Positions 38,094-46,974 of a DNA stretch of 64,000 nt are shown one piece after another (position 1 is the first letter of the stretch; each line of letters begins with the position of its first letter). This DNA is from Candidatus Eiseniibacteriota bacterium (GTDB lineage Bacteria; Eisenbacteria; RBG-16-71-46; CAVPCR01). A program made the translations under genes and the position numbers. The notes under the pieces were generated by a model. The model worked only from the letters and a program-made list of their open reading frames with translations, had not been told where the DNA came from and did no database searches. Where the stretch lies: assembly GCA_963702435.1 (NCBI GenBank), contig CAVPCR010000005.1:64001-128000 (forward strand), written 5' to 3'.

Positions 38094-38668
38094 GGTGTGG
38101 TGCTGCTCGGCGAGGGCGGCGACCAGAGGCGACGCGCGAAGCTCAGGCCCGCCGATACTTCGGTGGCGCCGAGGCTCGCATCGCCCCCGGTCCCCTCCCC
38201 GCCCAAGAGAATCCGGTGATGACGGACATCGAGTCGGATCCCGAAGTCATCGCGGATCGCAACCTCGATGCCGCCGCCCATGTGGAAGTGGCTTCGCGTC
38301 ACGGCCTTCGCCGCGAGCGCGTCGCTCGGCGAGGCGCTGAAGGTGCCGAAGCCCGCCGTCGCGAAGAGCCGGGCTCGCCGCCAGTCGAGTGCATGGAGGC
38401 GGACTCCGGCCGAGTGCAGGAAGGCGCTGGCAGCGTCGCCCAGGTTGTGCCCGAGCTCGGCCTCGATGGCGACCGGCGCCGCGATCGTGTATCCGGCCCG
38501 GAGCGCGAAGAAGGGCTGGCTGCCGAGGACGCCGCCGACGGGGGCGATGGCGAGGATCCCCGGCCCCCCGGCCGCGGTCGTCGCGCCGTCGTTCGCGGCG
38601 GCGACCGCCGGGTGGGCCGCGGCGCACGAGGTCGCGAGGAGAAGGAGCACGCGGGCGCGGGTGCGCAT
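38090..38668 (-). CDS. Small outer-membrane beta-barrel protein
   Basis: Signal peptide; LRAGY, IEAELG, LFATAGFG, GGGIE, IRLDVR, VSAGLSF. Confidence 0.72.
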   Translation of the reverse strand: MRTRARVLLLLATSCAAAHPAVAAANDGATTAAGGPGILAIAPVGGVLGSQPFFALRAGYTIAAPVAIEAELGHNLGDAASAFLHSAGVRLHALDWRRARLFATAGFGTFSASPSDALAAKAVTRSHFHMGGGIEVAIRDDFGIRLDVRHHRILLGGEGTGGDASLGATEVSAGLSFARRLWSPPSPSSTTP

Positions 38669-39210
38669 CAGCGCACGCCTCCCGGCGCCGACGCAGCCCG
38701 CGCGCCGGTCGAATCGAACACCGCACCGGCCCAGCGGGCCAGGATCAGGAAGTCGGGATCGCGCAACGACGTGAAGATGGCCGGCGCGTTGTGCGGCACG
38801 CCGCCCGCCGACGGCGCCAGCGGCTTCCGGAGGAGCGGGCTCGCCGCCGGATCGGCGAACGAGACCTGGTCGGCCGCGCGCAGGAAGTCGAGCTCGGGAT
38901 CGGCGCCACGGGTGAGCGGAAAGGGATGCGTTCCCGATCCGTGGCAGTGAATGGACGAGCAGCCGCGGCGATCGAGGACGGGCAGCACGTCGCTCGTGAA
39001 GGTGGCGCGGTCGAGCGGCGGATCGTCGAGCCCCGGAGGCTCCGGGTGAAACGGCGTCGACTCGGAAGCACCGCAGCCGAGCAGCGCAAGGCAAGCCGCT
39101 GCCATGAACCACGCCCCGGCGCTGCCGCGGCCCGGGCCGATCCGGCGCGCGGGCGGCCGGAGGCCGGGCGGCACGGACGTGCTTGCTCTGTGAACGGTGG
39201 TTGGGTGCAT
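38668..39210 (-). CDS. Lipoprotein with atypical heme-c motif (CX4CH)
   Basis: Lipobox LLGC; F..DVLPVL...GCSSIHCHG; DPAASPLLRKPL...H. Alternative start at 39105. Confidence 0.65.
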   Translation of the reverse strand: MHPTTVHRASTSVPPGLRPPARRIGPGRGSAGAWFMAAACLALLGCGASESTPFHPEPPGLDDPPLDRATFTSDVLPVLDRRGCSSIHCHGSGTHPFPLTRGADPELDFLRAADQVSFADPAASPLLRKPLAPSAGGVPHNAPAIFTSLRDPDFLILARWAGAVFDSTGARAASAPGGVR

Positions 39211-39259
39211 GGTGATGACGCCGGGTTGACGGAACGCGGATGCGAGGCAGCCTGCATGG

Positions 39260-39299
39260 AGCAAGGCCGATGCCGGAGCCTCAGGCAAGGGGCGTGCCG
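39260..39299 (-). promoter_or_regulatory. Two tandem sigma-54 (-24/-12) promoter motifs for the leftward operon
   Basis: Minus strand CGGCACGCCCCTTGCC (39299-39284) and CGGCATCGGCCTTGCT (39275-39260); both have exact GG-N10-GC spacing. Confidence 0.65.
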
Positions 39300-39618
39300 T
39301 CTGTCCCGCCACGGGCCATCCGCCCCGCCCGAGTTGCTTCCGCGCGGCCGCGCAAGGTGTTCGCGCCGAACGATCGGCGGCAGCGCATCGGCACGGCTCG
39401 GGTTTCTTCTCCTGGCGACCCGGCGTTCTGCATTCCGAAGTAACAAACTGCTCACATGCGCCGTTTATTAACGACATCGACATGACATTCACCGGATGTC
39501 TGTCGCATGCTGTGGCGTGCTCGCATGCATACAAGGTACGCAGACCGCGGCCGGGCGGTCGGAGCGCAGCACGCGGCAAATGCACGGCGGGCGATGCAAT
39601 GCGCGTGCAATCGCCACG

Positions 39619-39634
39619 TGGAACAGGCCTTGCT
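39619..39634 (+). promoter_or_regulatory. Sigma-54 (-24/-12) promoter motif for the rightward operon
   Basis: TGGAACAGGCCTTGCT, one mismatch to TGGCAC-N5-TTGCW. Confidence 0.65.
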
Positions 39635-39708
39635 TCCCACCAGCAGGTCTCACCCCACCTGGGCGGTGAGCGAGCTGCACATCGTCATCCCGCGCGGAGG
39701 CCGACTGC

Positions 39709-40344
39709 ATGAACGACGACATGAAATGGGCCGCAGGACCGAGGAAGCGGTCGCCACGGCGCTGCCGCGCTTTCGCCATCGCGATCGCATCGATCGTTCT
39801 CGGGGCCGCCCTCGCCGGCTGCGGCGAAAAGCCCCGGCCGCGCTCGGACGAGCTCGGTGCGCCCGCTCCGGCCGGCACGGCGCGGCTCGCGCTGCCGGTG
39901 GCCGAAGCCGCCGCGCGCGCCTGGATGCGGGACGCTCGCCTCATCTATATAGAGAACGACTCGGAGCTCGGGATGAGCGGTGACTCGCCGCGCTGGGGAT
40001 TCCTCTTCCGTTCCGACCTCGCCGATTCCTGGCGCGCGATCTCGGTGGCCGGCGGCGAGATCGTCTCCACCGCCCCGCTCGCCTATCCCTTCGCCGCCCC
40101 CGATCTGCCGGCCGACTGGATCGACTCGAGCGACGCGGTGCGCCTGGCCGAGCTCGCCGGCGGCGGCGAGTTCCGAGTCGCCAGGAGCGCCGAGCTCGCC
40201 CATGTCGTTCTCGGCCGGGGCATCTTCACGTCCTGGGACGGTCCGCCCACCTGGACTGTCGTCTACCGCGCCGCGGACCGGAGCAAGCTCGCCATCGTGG
40301 TGAGCGGCACCGACGGCTCGATCGTGAGCCGCTTCGAGGGTTGA
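39709..40344 (+). CDS. Hypothetical lipoprotein (two PepSY-like halves possible)
   Basis: Lipobox LAGC; GGAGG upstream of the start; WIDSSDAV. Confidence 0.7.
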   Translation: MNDDMKWAAGPRKRSPRRCRAFAIAIASIVLGAALAGCGEKPRPRSDELGAPAPAGTARLALPVAEAAARAWMRDARLIYIENDSELGMSGDSPRWGFLFRSDLADSWRAISVAGGEIVSTAPLAYPFAAPDLPADWIDSSDAVRLAELAGGGEFRVARSAELAHVVLGRGIFTSWDGPPTWTVVYRAADRSKLAIVVSGTDGSIVSRFEG

Positions 40345-40387
40345 CGTCGCCCGCGATCGCCAGGCCAAAGATCCACCCGAGGACCCG

Positions 40388-41299
40388 ATGGCACGAATGC
40401 TCGTTCCTGCGCTGAAAGTGCTCCTTTGGACTGCTGCGCTCCGGAGCGGTGCGGCGAGCGCCGAGCCGGCCCCGGCGCCGGTGCCGGCGCCGATGCCGGC
40501 GCCGGTGTCTGCCCCAATGGCGGCACCGATGCCTGCGCCGGTGTCTGCCCCGGTGTCTGCCCCGATGCCTGCGCCGATGCCGGCGCCGATGCCGGCGCCG
40601 GTGCCCGCCCCCGATGCGGACCCCTATCTCATCACGCACGGTGCTCCTGCCGGTCCGGCGGCGGCTGTCGCCGCCCCGCCGGCCACGCTTCGCTTCCTCC
40701 ATGCGCATCGCGCCTTCCTGCTCACACGGCTCTCGGCCCACGCCGGACCCGGCGTGCCGGACCCTCGCCTCAAGAGCTGGCTCGACGAGAAGATGCTCGG
40801 CGCAGTGGCCGGGCTCGGCGCGGCGGAAGGGGCCCTGCCGCGCGGCGGCCTGGCCGGCGCCGCCGACTGGCCGGAGATCGACGCGCTCGCCGCGACGCTC
40901 GATTCGCTCACCGCGCGCATGATGGGCATCGACACGCGTCTCGCCTCCCTCCGCGACGACTTCGCCGGCAACCAGGCCACCGAGCTCCTCGTCGCGCTGG
41001 CCGCCGATCCCGGTCCGGCGGGAGACCTGGAGCGCGTGCGACTGCGCTGGAACCGCCAGGATCTCGCGGCCACGGACCTGCCGCCCGCCGAGCGCACGGC
41101 GCTCGCGGCCGGCGGCTATCGACCGCTCCATCGCACGTTCTGCCGGCCCGAGGCCCACGAGATCGAGATCGATCTCATGCTCGCCGGCGGCCGCACCGTG
41201 ACCGGTCGCGCCACCCTCTCGCCCGCGCCGAACCGGCTGACCGTGGTCGTGTTCGGGATCGCCACGGCGGGTGTCCAGGCGCGCGTGTGGACCCTGTGA
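40388..41299 (+). CDS. Exported accessory protein of the Glt-like cluster, with Pro/Ala repeat linker
   Basis: Signal peptide, (PAP[VM])n linker, coiled segment, C-terminal domain LERVRL...AERTALAAGGYRPLH...HEIEI; GTGA overlap with the next gene. Confidence 0.65.
   Translation: MARMLVPALKVLLWTAALRSGAASAEPAPAPVPAPMPAPVSAPMAAPMPAPVSAPVSAPMPAPMPAPMPAPVPAPDADPYLITHGAPAGPAAAVAAPPATLRFLHAHRAFLLTRLSAHAGPGVPDPRLKSWLDEKMLGAVAGLGAAEGALPRGGLAGAADWPEIDALAATLDSLTARMMGIDTRLASLRDDFAGNQATELLVALAADPGPAGDLERVRLRWNRQDLAATDLPPAERTALAAGGYRPLHRTFCRPEAHEIEIDLMLAGGRTVTGRATLSPAPNRLTVVVFGIATAGVQARVWTL
40472..40615 (+). repeat. 12 x 12-bp coding tandem repeat
   Basis: Consensus ccggcgccg(g/a)tg, encoding PAPV/PAPM/SAPV/SAPM. 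Confidence 0.92.
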
Positions 41300-44200
41300 T
41301 ACACGGCATGCGGCGCGTCGCACTCGCGCTTGCGCTGGCGTGCGAGTTGGTCGCGGTGCATGGCGGCCTCGCCGCGCCGCCGGGTCTCGCCGCGCCGGCG
41401 GACCTCGCCGCGCCGGCGGGTCTCGCCGCGCCGGCGGAGGGGGATCCATCCGCCGCCCACATGGCGCCGCGCACCGCCGAGCTGGACCACCCGCGGCTCC
41501 GGCTCGCGATCGACGAGCTCCTCTGCGGGCGGCCCGGCGCGGCCGCGCCCCACCTGGCGGCCTACCTGGCCGCGGCGCCGGCCGATGACCCCGGCCGCCG
41601 TCCGGCGCTCCTCCTCTCCGCCATCGCTCACAGAGAGCTGCGTGAATACGCAGCTTTTCACGATGAGATCGCCGCGCTCGAGCAGACGGCCGACCGCTGG
41701 GGTGCTTGCGCTCGTCTCCTCGCCCTCGTCGACCGCCTCGATCGCGGGGCGGCCGACCCGTCCGGCAATCCGCTCGTGGGACCGGAGTACGTGACGCCCG
41801 CGGCGGCCGTCGATGCGGCGCGTCTCGGCGATCTCTACCGGCTCGCCGCCGCCACCCTGCTCGCGGCGCGCGGAGAGACCGAGTCGGCGATGAGCTTGCT
41901 CGCGACGACCGCCGATGATCCCGAGCTCGGGGCGGGGGCGCGAGCGCTCGCCGCCGCCCTGGCTGCCGGGCCGGGCCTCGCCCCCGGCGAGGCGGCCCTC
42001 GCCGATTCGCTGGTGGGCGCCGAGGCGGCGCTCCGCTCCGGCGCCGCTCCGGCGGCAGCCCGCTCCTTCGCCGCCGCGGCAGCCGGCGCCGGCCGCGCGG
42101 CCGCCGCTCTCGATCCGGCGGCGCGGAGCACCGTGCTGGCCGCGCTCGCGCCGGAGGATCTCGCGCCGCGCCTGTCTCCGCTGGCCGATCGCAGCCCGGA
42201 CGCGTTCCGCATCGCGATCGATGACCGGGTGCTGACCGCCCGCCTCATCGCGGCGGCCGTGGCCGAGATCGGGATCCCGGATCGGGACGCGCGCTCCCGC
42301 GCGCTCGCCGGCGCTGCCGACTCCGCCGCGGCTCTCCTCGCTCCGGCACCGCTCACGCGGGCCGAGACGGCGGCGATCGCGCGCGACCTCGCAGCACTCG
42401 ACGAGGCGCTCGGCCGCCTCGCCCGGGCGCGCCGCCTGGCGAGCGAACGGGCGGCGATGGCGGCCGCGCTCGCCGCCGAGCAGGCGCGCCTCGATTCGCT
42501 CCGGGCGGCGGAAGCCCGGCTTCTCGCCGCGACCGAGATCGAGCTCGCCGCCTCGGCCGAACGCGTCGAGACGGCGCGCGGGCGGCTCCCGGCGGCCGTG
42601 GTTGCCGCGACGGCGCGGGCCATGGCTCATCTCGACTCGCTCGCCGGGCGGGCGCGGGATCTCGCAGCGGCCGCCCGCGGGCTCCCGGTCCTCTTCCCGC
42701 CGGCCGAGCCCGGCGCGTCGCCGGAACCGGCGTTTCTCGCCGTGCACCGGCGCACCGCGACGCGCGATCAGGCCAACCTCGCGGCGTTCGATTCTGCGTT
42801 CGCGGTCGCCCGCGATGCGCTGCCGCCCCTCGTTGCCGCCCGGGTGCGCGGCGAGCGCTGGCCCGCCCTCGAGGGACAGCTCGCCCGCGCCGAGGCCCTC
42901 GCGGCACGAGTCACCGTCGCCGCGGGCCCGTTCAGCGGCGATCCCACCCTCATGGCCGCGGCGCGCTCCGCAATAACTCGCTTGCTGCCGCTGGATCCTA
43001 CTGACGAGGCGGAGCGGTGGAGAGCGATTGCCGAGCGTGCCGCCGATCGGCTGCGAGTGACCGTCGCCGCAGCCGACGAGGCGGCGGTCGGCCGCGCCCG
43101 CGAGCGGCTGCTGGTCCTCGCCGAGGCGGCCCGCTTCGGCCGCGCCGAGGCCCTGTATCAGGCAGCGCGGCGGAAAGGCGGAGACGACGCGCCGGATGCC
43201 GGCGCGGTCGCGCTCCGGGCGGCCGCGGCGGCGTACGAGGACTTCGTCGCCGCCGAGCCCGCGGGACCCGGAGTCGCCGCCGCGTGGCTCCGGGTGGGCG
43301 AGCTGCGCTACCAGCTCGCGGAGGTCGACTTCCGGGAGGCGATGGCCCGCTACGAGGAGGATCGCCGGCGCGGGATCGACCGCGTCGAGCTCCCGGTGCG
43401 GGACACGGCCGGCGCGAGCGCCGCCGCCCGCGCCTTCCTCGAGCGCTTCCCGTCTCATCCCCGCGCCGATCGTGCCCTCTACAATCTCGGCGTGCTCTCG
43501 CGCGACGGGGGCGACCTCGCGGCCTCGACCGGCCACTTCGAGCGTTTGCGCCGCGAGCATCCGGCAAGCCCACTCGCCGCCGAGTCGGCGTTCCGGATCG
43601 GTGACAATCACTTCGCTCTCGGCGCCTTCCCGCCCGCGGCCGCGGCCTACGCCGCGATCGCCGGCGATCCCGGTCCGCTCGGTGCCGCCGCGCTCTACAA
43701 GCTCGCTTGGTGCCGCCTGAACGACGGCGATCCGGCGGCGGCCGCCGCCGCCTTCGCGGATCTCCTGGCGCGCGACGTGGACGCGGAGATCCACGCCGAC
43801 GCGGCGGGCACCCTGGCGCGCTGTCTCGCCGACCTGGGCGGCGCGCCGGCCGCGGAACGCCTCTGCGCGGCGCGCCCCGGCCCCGCCTGCGACCCCACTG
43901 TTTTTCATCTGCTGGCGCAGGAACTGGCGGATCGCGCCGACTATCCGGCCGCCGTCGCCGCGGCGCGGGCCGGGGCCGCCCGCCATCCCGACGCGCCCGA
44001 GCTCGCCGATCTCCTCGCCGACGAGATCGCAGTGCTCGACCGCGCCGCGCGACCGGGCGAGGCCGCTCGCGCCCGGCTCGATTTCGCCCGGCGGATCGGG
44101 CCCGGCACCCCCTGGTTCGCGCACCACGGATCGGACTCGCTCGCCGTTCGCGCTGCCGAGGCCATGCTCGCCGGCGCCGATCAGCTCATGGTGCTCGCCC

Positions 44201-45918
44201 GGCGCGACGATCGCGCAACGCCGGCGCCGGCGCACGCGTCCGCACCCGCGCCGGCGGCCGCCGCCCTCGCTGCCGCGCACGCCGCGTATCGCGAGTTCCT
44301 CGCGCGCTTCCCGACCGCCGCCGCCGCCGATCGCGCCGAGCTCATGGCAGCCGAATGCGAGATGACGCTCGGCGATCCGCGCGCCGCTGCGGCGAGCTAC
44401 GGCCGCGCGCTCGCCGCCACGACCGATTCGACGCGGGCGCGCGCCGCCGCCTATGGAGCGGTCGTGGCCTGGGCCGAGGCGCGCGGAGCCGCGCCGGACC
44501 GGGCAGCCGATCTCGCGGCGGAGATGGCGGCCATCGATACCTTCGTCGGCCGCTTCGGCACCGACGAGCGCGTGACCCAGGTCCTGATGCGGCGCGGCGC
44601 GATCGCCGGCCGCGCCGGGCTGTGCGCGGAGAGCATCGCGAGCTATACGACCCTACTCGCCCATGCGCCGGCGCGCGACGACCGCCGCCGCGCCCTCCGC
44701 GCTCAGGGCGACGCGGCCCTCCGCTGCGAGCAACCGGCCGCCGCCGCCGCGATCTACGCCGAGCTCACCGCCGAGTGCGAAGGCCGCTCGTCCGCCATGG
44801 CGGATCTCTGCACCGAGGCTCGCGCGCTCCTCCCCGTCGCGCGCTTCCGAGCCGCCGAGGCGCTGGCCGCGACCGGCGACAGCCTGGCGGCCGGACGCGC
44901 CTATGCGGACCTGGCCCGCTCCTTCCCCGATTTCCCCGAGGCCGATCTCGCCCTGCTCCGTGCCGGCGATGCGGCGCGGGCGGGCGGCGATCGCGTCGCG
45001 GCGACCGCCCACTACCGGGAGCTCGCCGCCCGCCATCCCGACTCAGCGAACCGCCCGGCAGCCCTCCTCCGCCAGGCAGACCTCGCCGCCGCGGCCGGGG
45101 ACACTGCTGTTGCCGCGAGCGAATATCTGCGCTTTGCCGCCGCTTATCCCGTGGCGCATGAAGCGGCGGCGGCGCTCGCCGCGGCTCGCCACCTGGCGCG
45201 CACCGCTCGCGACTGGACCCTCCTCGAGGCGGCAGCGCGGGCCGAGATCTCCTGGCGGAAGGCCGAGCCGGCGGCGGCGCGTCTCGCCGCGGAGCTCGAT
45301 CTGGCATGGGCTCTCCGCGCGAGCGGACGCGCGAGCGCGGCGCGCACCGAGCTCGATCGCATGCTCTCGACGCCGGGCGAGCCGTCGTCGCTCCGCGCCC
45401 GCGCCCATCTCCTGCGGGCCGATCTCGCCCTCCCCGACTACGAGCGAGTCGCCCTGGCGCCGCCGCTCGCCACCGCCATCGAGCGCAAGAAGGCGGCGCT
45501 CGCCGCGCTCCTCGCCGACCTCGATCCGGCGGCCAGAAGCGGCGACCCCGCGGACGCGCTCGCGGCCCGCGAGCTCCTCGGCTCCGCGCTCGCCGAGTTC
45601 GGCCGCGCGCTCGAGTCCTCGGAGCTGCCCCCCGATCTCGAGGGCGCGGACCTGATCGCCTACTCGCAGGACGTGGCAGCCCAGGCCGATGCCTTCTACC
45701 GTCGCGCCGAGGCCGCGTGGCGGCGCGCCCTCAACGAGGCCGCGCGCGCCGGCATCGAGCATCCGGCCGCCGCCCGGGCCCGCGCAGAGCTCTTCCGGCG
45801 TTACGACCTTCGCTATGCCGAGGTGGCGAGCCCCGCCTTCGGCGAGCTGCCGCTCGCCGCCGGCGATGCCGGCCGGCTCGCACGATCGGCGGCGCCGCTG
45901 CCCACACCGGCGGACTGA
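41296..45918 (+). CDS. Giant exported TPR protein (~1540 aa) with GltD/AgmU-like C-terminal part
   Basis: The ORF-track start at 40426 overlaps the previous gene; likely start is GTG 41296 or ATG 41308 with a signal peptide. BamD/YfiO-like TPRs (FPSHPRADRALYNLG, AESAFRIGDNHF, ALYKLAW); C-terminus SELPPDLEGADLIAY...QADAF. Confidence 0.75.
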   Translation: MIHGMRRVALALALACELVAVHGGLAAPPGLAAPADLAAPAGLAAPAEGDPSAAHMAPRTAELDHPRLRLAIDELLCGRPGAAAPHLAAYLAAAPADDPGRRPALLLSAIAHRELREYAAFHDEIAALEQTADRWGACARLLALVDRLDRGAADPSGNPLVGPEYVTPAAAVDAARLGDLYRLAAATLLAARGETESAMSLLATTADDPELGAGARALAAALAAGPGLAPGEAALADSLVGAEAALRSGAAPAAARSFAAAAAGAGRAAAALDPAARSTVLAALAPEDLAPRLSPLADRSPDAFRIAIDDRVLTARLIAAAVAEIGIPDRDARSRALAGAADSAAALLAPAPLTRAETAAIARDLAALDEALGRLARARRLASERAAMAAALAAEQARLDSLRAAEARLLAATEIELAASAERVETARGRLPAAVVAATARAMAHLDSLAGRARDLAAAARGLPVLFPPAEPGASPEPAFLAVHRRTATRDQANLAAFDSAFAVARDALPPLVAARVRGERWPALEGQLARAEALAARVTVAAGPFSGDPTLMAAARSAITRLLPLDPTDEAERWRAIAERAADRLRVTVAAADEAAVGRARERLLVLAEAARFGRAEALYQAARRKGGDDAPDAGAVALRAAAAAYEDFVAAEPAGPGVAAAWLRVGELRYQLAEVDFREAMARYEEDRRRGIDRVELPVRDTAGASAAARAFLERFPSHPRADRALYNLGVLSRDGGDLAASTGHFERLRREHPASPLAAESAFRIGDNHFALGAFPPAAAAYAAIAGDPGPLGAAALYKLAWCRLNDGDPAAAAAAFADLLARDVDAEIHADAAGTLARCLADLGGAPAAERLCAARPGPACDPTVFHLLAQELADRADYPAAVAAARAGAARHPDAPELADLLADEIAVLDRAARPGEAARARLDFARRIGPGTPWFAHHGSDSLAVRAAEAMLAGADQLMVLARRDDRATPAPAHASAPAPAAAALAAAHAAYREFLARFPTAAAADRAELMAAECEMTLGDPRAAAASYGRALAATTDSTRARAAAYGAVVAWAEARGAAPDRAADLAAEMAAIDTFVGRFGTDERVTQVLMRRGAIAGRAGLCAESIASYTTLLAHAPARDDRRRALRAQGDAALRCEQPAAAAAIYAELTAECEGRSSAMADLCTEARALLPVARFRAAEALAATGDSLAAGRAYADLARSFPDFPEADLALLRAGDAARAGGDRVAATAHYRELAARHPDSANRPAALLRQADLAAAAGDTAVAASEYLRFAAAYPVAHEAAAALAAARHLARTARDWTLLEAAARAEISWRKAEPAAARLAAELDLAWALRASGRASAARTELDRMLSTPGEPSSLRARAHLLRADLALPDYERVALAPPLATAIERKKAALAALLADLDPAARSGDPADALAARELLGSALAEFGRALESSELPPDLEGADLIAYSQDVAAQADAFYRRAEAAWRRALNEAARAGIEHPAAARARAELFRRYDLRYAEVASPAFGELPLAAGDAGRLARSAAPLPTPAD
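41365..41436 (+). repeat. 4 x 18-bp coding tandem repeat
   Basis: GLAAPP GLAAPA DLAAPA GLAAPA, right after the signal peptide. Confidence 0.9.
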
Positions 45919-45919
45919 C

Positions 45920-46669
45920 ATGACGACCGCGATGAATGCCACCGTCCACATCCACACCATCGCCCGCGCGGCGCTCGTGCTTCTCCTCGTGCTGCCCGGC
46001 ATCACGGGATGTGCCGCGCGCAGTTCCGTCGCGTCGCGTCCCGAACCTGCGACTCCGCAGAGCGCCCCGCCGGTCGCCCCGCCACCCGCTCCCGCGCCGG
46101 CGGACAGCGCCCTCGCGCTCGCCCGACAGGCGCGGCTTCTCTACGAGAGCGGGGACATCGAGAGCGGCCTCGCACTCCTCGCTCCGATCGCCGCGAGCCC
46201 GGCTGCTCCACCCGCAATCCTCGTGGACCTGGCGCTCCTCAGGATGGCGTACGGCGATCGCGAGGAGGCCGCGGCGCTCCTCGAGCGGACGATCCGCGCG
46301 CATCCCGACTGCGCCTCCGCGCACGGAAACCTCGGTCTCCTCCACCTCGAGAACGGCGATCTCCCCCGGGCGGAGACCGCCCTCGCCGCCGCCCTCGAGC
46401 GCGATCCGGAGCGTCCCGAGTTCCACGTGAACCTCGGGATCGTGCATCGGAAGCTCGAGCAGCACGGCGCGGCCGAGCGCGACTTCCAGCGCGCCCTCGC
46501 GCTCGCTCCGCGGCTCGCGGCCGCCCACCACAACCTGGCCTTGCTCTACAAGCTCTATCTGTTCGACGACGCGGCCGCCGCCGCGCACTTCGCTGAGTTC
46601 AACGCGCTCGGTGGCCATGCCGACCCCGAGGTCGCGCTCCTGTTCGCGAACGAGGAGAAGAAGCCATGA
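45920..46669 (+). CDS. TPR lipoprotein (GltE/AglT-like)
   Basis: Lipobox ITGC; TPRs AHGNLGLL, FHVNLGIV, AHHNLALLYKLYL.D...A..HF. Confidence 0.8.
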   Translation: MTTAMNATVHIHTIARAALVLLLVLPGITGCAARSSVASRPEPATPQSAPPVAPPPAPAPADSALALARQARLLYESGDIESGLALLAPIAASPAAPPAILVDLALLRMAYGDREEAAALLERTIRAHPDCASAHGNLGLLHLENGDLPRAETALAAALERDPERPEFHVNLGIVHRKLEQHGAAERDFQRALALAPRLAAAHHNLALLYKLYLFDDAAAAAHFAEFNALGGHADPEVALLFANEEKKP

Positions 46670-46947
46670 TGCAAGCTCCGCGCAGGCGGCCGCTCGGTTC
46701 GCGCCGCCCGTTCGTCGCGCTCGTCGCCGGCCTCCTCGCGGCGGCGCCGGCCGCCGCGAACCGGGAGCCCCTCTCCCTCGAGGAGATCGAGATCCAGGGC
46801 GAGCGCCTCGTGCCGCAGGCGGTCTATATCGTCGGCGGCGCGGAGGCCGACTCGCTCGCGGCAGCCACCGTGAGCGACTATCTCGCGCTCCTCGATCCCG
46901 CCGCCGACCGCGTCCCGCTCGTCATCATCCTCGAGAAGACACCGTAG
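46666..46947 (+). CDS. Small exported protein, GltF/CglF-like
   Basis: Signal peptide, then LEEIEIQGERLVPQAVYIV; sits between the TPR lipoprotein and the motor genes. Confidence 0.65.
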   Translation: MMQAPRRRPLGSRRPFVALVAGLLAAAPAAANREPLSLEEIEIQGERLVPQAVYIVGGAEADSLAAATVSDYLALLDPAADRVPLVIILEKTP

Positions 46948-46974
46948 CAGTTCACACCAGACAAGGAGCCAAAC

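Noticed and set aside
39513..39529. Fourth sigma-54 motif (TGGCGT...TGCA)
   Set aside because: Spacing is GG-N11-GC, one base too long.
40472..40615. Possible CRISPR array
   Set aside because: Contiguous 12-bp coding units with no spacers and no cas genes.
40426..41295. N-terminal 290 aa of the 1830-aa ORF
   Set aside because: It overlaps the 40388-41299 gene in another frame and is Arg-rich shadow sequence; a signal peptide and GTGA coupling place the start at about 41296.
41116..44280. 1054-aa minus-strand ORF, and similar long antisense ORFs (49592-52627, 36069-38219, 24414-26468)
   Set aside because: Antisense shadows of real genes in high-GC DNA, with no recognisable motifs.
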